Source: a virus
Length of the DNA: 43,103 bases
Reading direction: 5' to 3' (one strand)
Virus genome (UHGV): UHGV-0195171
Part shown: piece after piece, positions 6,946 to 14,684 of the stretch
How positions within the stretch are numbered: the first letter of the stretch is position 1
Layout of the letters: every line of letters starts with the position of its first letter
Program-made: the position numbers and the translations under genes
The notes under the pieces: model-generated
Told to the model about the DNA's origin: nothing
The model's input: the letters and a program-made list of their open reading frames with translations, nothing else
Database searches by the model: none

Positions 6946-7224
6946 TGCGGAGCAATAGCGATAGATGGTTTTCACATCGACACCAATCACCGCGGAAACC
7001 TGCTGCCGGCTGGCTCCGTTCACCAGCATCTGGCGGCAGCGTTCCACTACCTCAGTGGTCATAATCCGGCGGCGGCCGCCGATTCTCCCCTGCTCCCTAG
7101 CCGCGGCTAAACCAGCGCGGGTTCGCTCAACTATCAATTCTCGCTCCATCTCTGCCAGCGCGCTCATGACGTGAAAGAAAAAGCGCCCGGCGGGCAGGAT
7201 GGTATCAATCAGCAAATAATCCAA
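6919..7224 (-). pseudogene. truncated serine DNA invertase (Hin/Gin/Pin family) lacking the catalytic N-terminal domain
   Basis: The 101-aa ORF matches the invertase core and C-terminal HTH (GRFFFHVMSALAEMERELIVERTRAGLAAAREQGRIGGRR…KTIYRY). The roughly 85-aa catalytic-Ser domain is missing. A short MSIGNIWII stub at 7235-7262 in another frame suggests an internal deletion or frameshift. Confidence 0.6.
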
Positions 7225-7424
7225 ATATTACCGATAGACATGCTCACAGGAAATCAAGTATTCATGCTCTATTAACACGCTGAAATCCCATAAGGATGGA
7301 CAAGCATGGTATAATTAACCACGATTTGTCAGGAAAAAAAAAGGTAAGCGATGAGCCCATAGTCATGAAAAGGTAAATACACCCGACGCGTACGCTTGAT
7401 ATAAACATTCCCATGCCCTCTCAG

Positions 7425-8288
7425 TTAAATAATTCCTTCTTTCCTAGCGTTAGACAAATAAACTATATGATTTACACTATTGCTTTTCCTTACACCTCTT
7501 AACTCAACCTTTAGTTTAACAAACCCTTCTGCTACAGATAACACCCCACCAATAATAGCCGTCGTTAGTGGCATTGGAGACTGAGACGCCCCAAGTAACG
7601 CAGCAAATCCTGCTCTTATATTAGACACATCAAATTCAGATGATATATCTAAGTTAAACCTTACAGGACTTTGCCAGACTTCATTATTTATTTTATCTAA
7701 GTCCTCAACTGCCTTTTTAAGTTTGGAAAAATTCCTTGCGCGAAGTAAATTGGGATCTGCCGAGTTTAAAATTTCCAGGTACAATTCATCACAATAATAA
7801 TGAAGGGCGACTAACTCAGCGTTTCTTCTGAGTTTAAATTCCAGAATATCATGCAAATGAACGCTACCGTCCGGTACAGGTAGCACGCCCAACAACTCAA
7901 TCCTAATAAGTTCTCTCTGAACCAATTCTATATACTCACTTTCTCGATAAATAACATCATTACCTATCTGATGTATTCGCCAATCTGTATCACTTTCTTT
8001 GCTCCGGAGGAGATCAAGTGCGTAGAATTGCGCATTTACGAGTTCAGAAATATATGTATCACTGGAAAACACACGAGGGCTAAATATAAAACGACTTAGC
8101 ATACCACAAGATTCAAGCTCATCTGTAATGTGTGGTATAAACCTCATTTGACCATTCTCAGGAATAACCAACTTATCCCAATAAAGACAAAAGTAATTTA
8201 TCTCCAATCGAGAAATTATTCTTTTTAGAGTAAAACCGCCTGCTTTTCTCTCAAAAACACCCGGAGGTGTAACAATCCCTCTTTTCAT
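7425..8288 (-). CDS. hypothetical 287-aa protein; AT-rich orphan/moron gene in the att-proximal region
   Basis: Long ORF with visibly lower GC than the phage core. It has its own AT-rich upstream region (8289-8504). No family recognised. Confidence 0.6.
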   Translation of the reverse strand: MKRGIVTPPGVFERKAGGFTLKRIISRLEINYFCLYWDKLVIPENGQMRFIPHITDELESCGMLSRFIFSPRVFSSDTYISELVNAQFYALDLLRSKESDTDWRIHQIGNDVIYRESEYIELVQRELIRIELLGVLPVPDGSVHLHDILEFKLRRNAELVALHYYCDELYLEILNSADPNLLRARNFSKLKKAVEDLDKINNEVWQSPVRFNLDISSEFDVSNIRAGFAALLGASQSPMPLTTAIIGGVLSVAEGFVKLKVELRGVRKSNSVNHIVYLSNARKEGII

Positions 8289-8504
8289 TAAGCCACCCTG
8301 AAATTTACCGCCTCACGCTCAAGGGAGTTAAATCATAAAATATTACTGTTGTAAAGTAAATTTTATTTACACAATGTTAAAAGAACTTTGATTGCTTGCA
8401 ATTTTCCTTTTATTTTCATGGTGTTAATCATGTTAATTTTTATTAAAACACCCTCGCGACGCATCACAAGCGCATTAATGGACCCGCCATCCATGGCAGG
8501 ATAA

Positions 8505-11500
8505 TCATTTGCTCTCCAGCGCAGACAATCGAGCCTCAATAGATTTCTGCTTCTCTACGGTTGCTCGCAGCATCCACAGAAGCAGCTCTTCTTTCCTGAA
8601 AGAATAATCTTCCCCGGCAGGGTATGGCGCCAGATATTGACCCGTTTCCGGATCAATGCCACCAGGCCAGGAAGGCCAACTGTTATAGCAAAATGCCGAG
8701 TAACTACTCCAGTCCAGGCCGTGTTTTTCCATTATGGCTATTGCGTCCTGTACGGTGGGGCCAGAATGCAGGCGAGCGTCATCACCTTCTGCCTGGTATT
8801 TTTCAAGCCACTGCCACACAAAGGGCAACAGGGCTATCTCATAGAACGCATCGTTCTCTACGTCTGATGGGTCCCTGAGTCCTCTTTTCTTCAACTTGTT
8901 AGAGCTTCCCATTGTGCTGTTGGTCGCATAAAGCTGCGTCCAGCGCAACGATGCCGCACCCAGCGCCGACTGGTTATCAACGGTTGGCGAAATACCACTC
9001 GCCCCGACAGAAGCGCCGCCAGCCGGGGTGGTGGGTGCGCCAGCAGCATAGACGTCAATCCTGAATGAGGTCGGGTAATAGCTGACTTTCAGTCCACCGA
9101 TACCAGCGTTATCTGCATATCCGTTAGGGTTGGCCGCATTTTTGCCATGATTGTAAGACATCACGAAAGGCGAAGATGACAACTGTGACATGTCGTCGGT
9201 GTAGAAACGCAGGTACGCGCCAGAATAAGGATGCTCCCATGCCGCCATCGCGCCAGCTTCTGAATCAACACGTCCGCCACGGACATAACGTGCAACAGGG
9301 CGTAGAGACAGCGTTCCACGCTTCTGCCCACGCAGCTCTGATACCTGGTCGGTCGCTGTCGCTTTCAGGGTTCGTGTTACATCAACCAGGGGTTCAAGGT
9401 TGACCTTGCTGGAGTTATAGACCAGATTATTAACGTTCTTACCGTAGTTTCCTGCATACAGTTCGCCCGCCTGCGCTCCGATCTGATGGTTTATCATGTA
9501 GGTCTGATGTGCATCGCTGACCGCATTTCCTGCCTGGCAGTTCTGCATTACTGAGCCAATGCCAATAACGGTAAGGTCAACACCACCCGTAACCAGCCCA
9601 TTCCCGACGCTCACGCATTTATCGACTAACTGCTGTCGGCCTTCTTTCGCAATCAGACCGTGCGAGCCATTGCCCTCGGTGTGACAACTGATAAACCGGT
9701 TATACCCGCCCTGACCCACTATGCCGGTTCGGCGATTGCCAATCCCCCGGCAGTTGGTCGCGGTCAGGTGCTGGTCGAGATAGGTCGTTGCACCTGAGCC
9801 GTATGCGTTCTGCACGTCAAATCCGTCATACCACTGACCTGCACCCAGGCAGTCGGTGACGTTGATATTGGTTGAACAGATATCGGTATCGGTCCATTCA
9901 CGCACGATGTACTGCCCGAATTTAACGCCCGATTCTGCGTTATCAATAAAATTACAGCCGCTGACGTAGATTCCGTCCGTGCCCGTAATGTTGAGACCCA
10001 TCGCGCGCCCTTCGAACAGCGTGCAGTTGGTGACAGTATGGTTTTTCCCGCGCGCCCACTTGAAATCATTCAGGTTTGTGGCGCTGGTTTCATGGACATA
10101 CCCAGACATGACTGTATCGCGGGTATGGTTGAGGATGTTGATAACCCCCATATTAGAACCGCCGCGAATGATGCAGCCATCAAACAGAGTATTAATAAAC
10201 CCGGCTGCAATGACAGAGGCATAACTCCCCCTGACGCCGGTGACCGTCAATCCATCCTGTGCGGTTGTATCTGATGAACGGAATACAATCGCACAGCAGA
10301 TGTCCTGATAAATATATTCAGGGGCAATGCCGGTGGCGTCCTGAAAAGGCATTCGGCCATAACCCAGCCGCCCCTGCTCTTTTATCGTCCAGTCGTCATT
10401 ATAAATAACCGCCCACGGGGTTGTTTTGCTGAGTAAGTTGCCACCTCTCCATACGGACCCGGCACCATCAATAATATCCACAGCCACACCGTCACAGACG
10501 ATTTTAGCCGTCCCGGCATCAACATTGATTTTACCTGTGTACTGAATAACTCCCGACTGGATGTTGTAGGTTTTTGTCGAGTCAAGGACGACCTGTGCCG
10601 CATTCTGGTTCAGCGCCCACTTGATGGCTGCCGTATCCGCGTCAGCATTGCCAACGCCCGTCACAAAACCGGACATTTCCGGTGTGACGTAGTTAAGACC
10701 GCCGATGAGTTTTGCGCCGTCGCTTGAACCCAGGTTTGAGCGAAGAGTCGCATCGGTAACGTCGATCCACTTACCCTTTCCTGTACCGCCAGCCGTCGCC
10801 GGCGTGCTACCAGGTAAAACGACCTTAGGCATTACGCCATCCCAGCGCCAGTATTCGTCCGTGGATTCCCACAGAAGAACCTCAAAACGTTGAGTGAGTA
10901 GCGATCCCTGCTCAAACGAACCTATGGCCGGAACGTATCCCCATAGCCCCGTCCCTGCAGGGTCCTGCAATTTAGGCTGACCAGCACCGTCAAAACCCAA
11001 CCCCTTCCAGGCGCGGTCTTGGGCCGATGGTAGCTGGCTTATACAGGAGTCAGGGACACGCAGCGAACGATTAAAGTTGCTGGTTATCTGCTGCTGCAGA
11101 TCGATATCACTACTATCGACGTAGCTTTTTGTTGCGGCATCCTGCGCCAGTGAAGGATCACGCAGGTTACGAATACGGTTATTGAGCGCGTCATAATAGT
11201 TAGCGAAGATATTTGGCTTTTTCAGAGCCAAAGAGTCCCACCACCAACCGAATTTTTGGATAAGCATAGTCAGCTTATCAAGCGCGCGTTCATGGCTTGT
11301 CGCAGGAAACTTACCGGTCGCCAGATAACTGGTTAACTGGGTCGCATCGGGATCACGATAAATCAGTAGCGTAGCGCCACTGTGTGCGGAGAGCAAAGTC
11401 AGCTGACCGCCATTCTTATCGCCGGCGCCGTTCAGATAATAATCAACATCAATAGTCAGCGTAGTTTTGTTAAAGTCGTCACCGTTCTGTGTATACAGTT

Positions 11501-11606
11501 CCGCGACAATATGCCCGTTTTCAATGAAGTAGAAAGGGATGCTAAAAGGGCCAGTGCTGGTTGATAGCTGATACTCAACCGATGAAGTGTCGTTCTCGAC
11601 CATCAT
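8505..11606 (-). CDS. tailspike/tail fibre protein with a C-terminal intramolecular chaperone (peptidase S74-like) domain
   Basis: 1033 aa. Gly/Asn/Thr-rich beta-helix-like central region. C-terminal …RGLRDPSDVENDAFYEIALLPFVWQWLEKYQAEG…LLLWMLRATVEKQKSIEARLSALESK, typical of self-cleaving chaperone domains of endosialidase and T5-type fibres. Confidence 0.8.
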   Translation of the reverse strand: MMVENDTSSVEYQLSTSTGPFSIPFYFIENGHIVAELYTQNGDDFNKTTLTIDVDYYLNGAGDKNGGQLTLLSAHSGATLLIYRDPDATQLTSYLATGKFPATSHERALDKLTMLIQKFGWWWDSLALKKPNIFANYYDALNNRIRNLRDPSLAQDAATKSYVDSSDIDLQQQITSNFNRSLRVPDSCISQLPSAQDRAWKGLGFDGAGQPKLQDPAGTGLWGYVPAIGSFEQGSLLTQRFEVLLWESTDEYWRWDGVMPKVVLPGSTPATAGGTGKGKWIDVTDATLRSNLGSSDGAKLIGGLNYVTPEMSGFVTGVGNADADTAAIKWALNQNAAQVVLDSTKTYNIQSGVIQYTGKINVDAGTAKIVCDGVAVDIIDGAGSVWRGGNLLSKTTPWAVIYNDDWTIKEQGRLGYGRMPFQDATGIAPEYIYQDICCAIVFRSSDTTAQDGLTVTGVRGSYASVIAAGFINTLFDGCIIRGGSNMGVINILNHTRDTVMSGYVHETSATNLNDFKWARGKNHTVTNCTLFEGRAMGLNITGTDGIYVSGCNFIDNAESGVKFGQYIVREWTDTDICSTNINVTDCLGAGQWYDGFDVQNAYGSGATTYLDQHLTATNCRGIGNRRTGIVGQGGYNRFISCHTEGNGSHGLIAKEGRQQLVDKCVSVGNGLVTGGVDLTVIGIGSVMQNCQAGNAVSDAHQTYMINHQIGAQAGELYAGNYGKNVNNLVYNSSKVNLEPLVDVTRTLKATATDQVSELRGQKRGTLSLRPVARYVRGGRVDSEAGAMAAWEHPYSGAYLRFYTDDMSQLSSSPFVMSYNHGKNAANPNGYADNAGIGGLKVSYYPTSFRIDVYAAGAPTTPAGGASVGASGISPTVDNQSALGAASLRWTQLYATNSTMGSSNKLKKRGLRDPSDVENDAFYEIALLPFVWQWLEKYQAEGDDARLHSGPTVQDAIAIMEKHGLDWSSYSAFCYNSWPSWPGGIDPETGQYLAPYPAGEDYSFRKEELLLWMLRATVEKQKSIEARLSALESK

Positions 11607-11694
11607 CTACTCCAAAACAGTTCGACATGGTGGCATTGTCAGAATCGTTTTGAAGCTGGGCAAAAGTAAGGCCGCAATATGCGGCCCTGAGGGG

Positions 11695-11847
11695 TTATTT
11701 CTCGGTGGTTTCCGATGCTTTGGCTGCGACAGCATCATCAAATTTTTTCTGGAAGTAGGCCCGGATTGACTTGTAACCTCCCGCTACCAGATATAGAGCC
11801 GATACCACTACGCTGAAGTAAAGTAAGCCCGTTTGCACGTTCGTCAT
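11695..11847 (-). CDS. small membrane protein (50 aa) translationally coupled to Rz
   Basis: The ATG at 11847 overlaps the Rz stop as ATGA. AGGAG SD. One predicted TM helix (GLLYFSVVVSALYLVAGGY). Missed by the ORF track because it is under 60 aa. Confidence 0.4.
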   Translation of the reverse strand: MTNVQTGLLYFSVVVSALYLVAGGYKSIRAYFQKKFDDAVAAKASETTEK

Positions 11848-12374
11848 TTTTTCTCCTGTCTTTTCTGTTCAATCTGGCGAATACCAGCCAGCTGGTTATT
11901 TGCTTTTTCAATGGCAGCAAGTAATGGGGTTATCCATAAAACAGCCTGGCAATATGTCAGTTCGCCGGCGGTAATGGTGCCAGTACTGGGCTTGTCAGAT
12001 CCGTCGGTATTGGCGTGCACTGCGCTGGAACGTAAACTGTTCGTGTATTCGAGCAGCCCACCAGAAACGTCAGCAGGAACAGGCATATCACACGTTTTTT
12101 CGCGCTTGAGAATCGTTCGATATTCAATGATTTTTTCCTCTGTACCGGCATCTACCGCCCTGTTTTTTTCCTGGACATCGCCGCTTATAGTTTGAAAAGC
12201 AGCGATATTATCCGCCTGTATTTGGATAACCCTTGCCTGCAGCGTCACCTGACTTTCAGCCGTTTCAGCTCTCCTGGATGCCGAGCTATATCGATAGCCC
12301 AGCCCTGCGGCGATTGTGAGCCCGATGATAAGAAGAAGCATAATAACTGCCGCGGCGATGGATTCTGGTTTCAC
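11844..12374 (-). CDS. i-spanin (Rz-like)
   Basis: 176 aa with an N-terminal TM helix, then a charged coiled-coil-like periplasmic part. Follows the endolysin and contains a nested lipoprotein ORF. Confidence 0.7.
   Translation of the reverse strand: MKPESIAAAVIMLLLIIGLTIAAGLGYRYSSASRRAETAESQVTLQARVIQIQADNIAAFQTISGDVQEKNRAVDAGTEEKIIEYRTILKREKTCDMPVPADVSGGLLEYTNSLRSSAVHANTDGSDKPSTGTITAGELTYCQAVLWITPLLAAIEKANNQLAGIRQIEQKRQEKK
11957..12151 (-). CDS. o-spanin (Rz1-like lipoprotein) nested in the +1 frame inside Rz
   Basis: Lipobox-like LVGC after a basic/hydrophobic signal segment. Pro-rich C-terminus PIPTDLTSPVLAPLPPAN. Entirely embedded in Rz. Confidence 0.55.
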   Translation of the reverse strand: MPVQRKKSLNIERFSSAKKRVICLFLLTFLVGCSNTRTVYVPAQCTPIPTDLTSPVLAPLPPAN

Positions 12375-12910
12375 TTATCGATCCCCCAACATGTCAAGGC
12401 GCTTTCCTGGTCACGTCGCTCAACCTGACCGTAGCAACCTTTCTTCTGGCCTTTGGTGAGGCGGCAGTCACGGCCACCATCAAAGATCCAACGACGAATT
12501 TCAGAGCACGCCCCTTTACGGTCGCCCGCATTCAGCTTGCGGTAGAACGTGCTGGGGAAACATTTCCCCGGCCCGATGTTGTACGGGCAGAAGCTGGCGA
12601 TACCAACTTTCTGTGGTGCCGTCAGCGGGACTCTGATGTTCTGGTCAACCCATGCCAGGGCCTTGTTACGTTCAATAGCGTTCACCTGGTCGCATTTGGC
12701 CTGCGTCAACTTCATCCCCTTCGTTACTGGCTTGCCGTCAATGCGGGTTGCCCCCCGACAAATAGTCCAGACACCAGACCCGTCAAGGTATGCAGTTAGA
12801 CTGTTGCCCTCTTTCTCGTTCAAGAACTGATCCATGAGCGTTGGCGCGGATGCACCGGCGGCAATTAGCGCCAGCATGGCTGCACTGAGCTTTGCTTTGG
12901 TCGAAGCCAT
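12371..12910 (-). CDS. SAR endolysin (GH24 lysozyme with an N-terminal signal-arrest-release segment)
   Basis: N-terminal weakly hydrophobic AKLSAAMLALIAAGASAP. Catalytic E…D…T spacing (EGNSLTAYLDGSGVWTICRG) and a T4/P22-lysozyme-like core. Confidence 0.75.
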   Translation of the reverse strand: MASTKAKLSAAMLALIAAGASAPTLMDQFLNEKEGNSLTAYLDGSGVWTICRGATRIDGKPVTKGMKLTQAKCDQVNAIERNKALAWVDQNIRVPLTAPQKVGIASFCPYNIGPGKCFPSTFYRKLNAGDRKGACSEIRRWIFDGGRDCRLTKGQKKGCYGQVERRDQESALTCWGIDK

Positions 12911-12911
12911 A

Positions 12912-13127
12912 TTATTCTTCCGAGAACTTGCCGCGGCGATACGCGAGCCATTTGAAGTAGATATTTACGAGAAAGGTCAAAGCGGTGAACACCAAGCTGC
13001 CAATGACGCCAATAGCTGCCCACTGGCCGGGGGTGTATGAATCAAGCAGCTGCGAAAACCAATACGTAGCGCTGACTGTTGACGTCCCGTAGGTGATGAC
13101 CTCGGAAACTCTGTGTGTCATTTTCAT
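12912..13127 (-). CDS. pinholin (phage 21 S21-like) with a dual-start motif
   Basis: 71 aa. Two TMDs ([14 protein letters not shown] and [23 protein letters not shown]) closely resembling the S21 pattern. MKM N-terminus (Met1-Lys2-Met3) typical of holin/antiholin dual starts. Strong SD. Confidence 0.7.
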   Translation of the reverse strand: MKMTHRVSEVITYGTSTVSATYWFSQLLDSYTPGQWAAIGVIGSLVFTALTFLVNIYFKWLAYRRGKFSEE

Positions 13128-13241
13128 CGTTCCTTACCTCCCGGCCGGGATGGCTGATTTAAGTGGCAAGGAAGATTTTGATAGGGCCTATCACACTGGG
13201 CAAAAGCTGATCATTTATCAGGATTCATGAAATGAAACAGG

Positions 13242-13250
13242 TGCTATAGT
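13242..13250 (+). promoter_or_regulatory. extended -10 promoter candidate (TGcTATAGT) for the plus-strand moron cluster
   Basis: TGCTATAGT lies 40 nt upstream of the first small secreted-peptide gene. The -35 is weak. Confidence 0.3.
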
Positions 13251-13292
13251 GGTTTTGGGATTATCCCTATGGCAATGATTAAGGAATGACGA

Positions 13293-13424
13293 ATGAAAAA
13301 AATAATCGCTCTGTTACTGGTTGCAGTATTTGGTGTGATGTCAGTGTCGGCGATGGCTTGCCCGAAAGGCACCCACCCACATGGCGGCACTGGTTCTCAT
13401 CATAAAGGCGGTACCTGTTCCTGA
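13293..13424 (+). CDS. small secreted peptide (43 aa; signal peptide plus a 21-aa His/Gly-rich mature part with two Cys)
   Basis: MKKIIALLLVAVFGVMSVSAMA|CPKGTHPHGGTGSHHKGGTCS. AAGGA SD. Not in the ORF track because it is under 60 aa. Confidence 0.45.
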   Translation: MKKIIALLLVAVFGVMSVSAMACPKGTHPHGGTGSHHKGGTCS

Positions 13425-13457
13425 TAGGATTTAAAAACTACACACAAGGCAAAAAGC

Positions 13458-13610
13458 ATGAAAAAATTATTCACGGTGTTATTTGTTCTGCTCTCTCTGG
13501 GGTCTGTGACGCAGGCCTATGCTGGAAACTGCCAGCATCCTGACGATACCGCTGCTGACGGTTCACGTTGTGGTGGTCGTTCGGCTGACTCTCGCCCGGG
13601 CGGGCAGTAA
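13458..13610 (+). CDS. small secreted peptide (50 aa; signal peptide plus a 28-aa mature part with two Cys)
   Basis: MKKLFTVLFVLLSLGSVTQAYA|GNCQHPDDTAADGSRCGGRSADSRPGGQ. AAGG SD. Followed by a terminator. Confidence 0.45.
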   Translation: MKKLFTVLFVLLSLGSVTQAYAGNCQHPDDTAADGSRCGGRSADSRPGGQ

Positions 13611-13615
13611 TGATA

Positions 13616-13643
13616 AAGCCCACCATGCGGTGGGCTTATTTAT
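13616..13643. terminator. rho-independent terminator (possibly bidirectional)
   Basis: aagcccacc-atgc-ggtgggctt hairpin followed by a T-rich run. Confidence 0.5.
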
Positions 13644-13754
13644 GCCGCAGTACATTTCACCACGCAGCTCACCACTGTTTAAATATCAGGGTTTTCTCTT
13701 GTCAAATGTCAGATTATGTTTCTACCTATCACGAATTTTTAAGAGCATTACCAT

Positions 13755-14408
13755 ATGGAAATTTTTTGGGTTGTGGTGGGCGTTGTGGTTGTGATTTTGT
13801 ACCTCATCAACCAGAACAAAACCAGAGTGACAAACAGAACTGAGATAACCAGAGATCGCAAGATAAAAACGGATGACGGCGAAATCAGCATACGTGAACG
13901 ACAGGTTATAGACAGTGTATCAACCCAATACACTAAACCAAATACAGTGAACGTCGCACAGCCGGATTATGACAACGCGGTGATATCTGATTACTACAAA
14001 CAACTAGCTAAGCAAAAAGCTATTGAGTCTCTAAGGCAAAACCAAACACAGCCTGTTGCATCAAGCAGACCTGTGGAGAAGATAGTCAACCCATTGCCAA
14101 GAGTTGAGCAGAAACAAATCACACCTAAAACCGAATCTGCGCCGGTGGAACACAGAAAAGTGTGTACCAGATGCAGTCGCAATCTACCGATGGATAAGTT
14201 CAGAAAGTCGAGCAAGTCCCATCATGATGGTTACACCACATGGTGCGCCCATTGTCTTGATGGCCCCAAAAACACTAGGCACACCAAATGGTGTCCAATT
14301 TGCGAGATCCGCCGCAAACGAACCAGTTACTATAAGAATGCTAACAATGCGGACGGATTGATGTCATGGTGTAAAAGTTGCTGGGATTCTTATCGCGGAA
14401 GAAGTTAA
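13755..14408 (+). CDS. membrane-anchored protein with a C-terminal double zinc-ribbon (4x CxxC)
   Basis: 217 aa. N-terminal TM helix (IFWVVVGVVVVILYLI), a long polar linker, then CTRC…CAHC…CPIC…CKSC. Plus-strand gene inside an otherwise minus-strand late region. Confidence 0.55.
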   Translation: MEIFWVVVGVVVVILYLINQNKTRVTNRTEITRDRKIKTDDGEISIRERQVIDSVSTQYTKPNTVNVAQPDYDNAVISDYYKQLAKQKAIESLRQNQTQPVASSRPVEKIVNPLPRVEQKQITPKTESAPVEHRKVCTRCSRNLPMDKFRKSSKSHHDGYTTWCAHCLDGPKNTRHTKWCPICEIRRKRTSYYKNANNADGLMSWCKSCWDSYRGRS

Positions 14409-14471
14409 GCCCACCTAAGTGGGCTGATTATCTGTTATATTAAAAAGATACTTCTGTAATGGTGAATAATA

Positions 14472-14684
14472 ATGAACCGTGAGTACAGCCAGGTAATATA
14501 TCTCGCGATCGGTATTGCTATAGCAATCAGCTTTGTTACCGTTCTGAATGATGGGTTTTCACTGCTGAACATTCTGTGTGGCCCTTTTGCAGTAATCGGA
14601 ACTGTTGCAGGATTATGTATCGCTTGGTATTCCACTATCGGCATCAATAAAATCCTGCAAAAATTTGGGTTCAGGGATTACTGA
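14472..14684 (+). CDS. small 2-TM membrane protein (70 aa)
   Basis: Two hydrophobic helices (VIYLAIGIAIAISFVTVL and FAVIGTVAGLCIAWYSTIGI). Converges on the ejection-protein gene. Confidence 0.5.
   Translation: MNREYSQVIYLAIGIAIAISFVTVLNDGFSLLNILCGPFAVIGTVAGLCIAWYSTIGINKILQKFGFRDY

Noticed and set aside
8624-11564. Numerous 60-120-aa ORFs on the opposite strand inside the tailspike, ejection-protein and capsid genes
   Set aside because: They are antisense or overlapping frames inside long, well-supported genes with no RBS.
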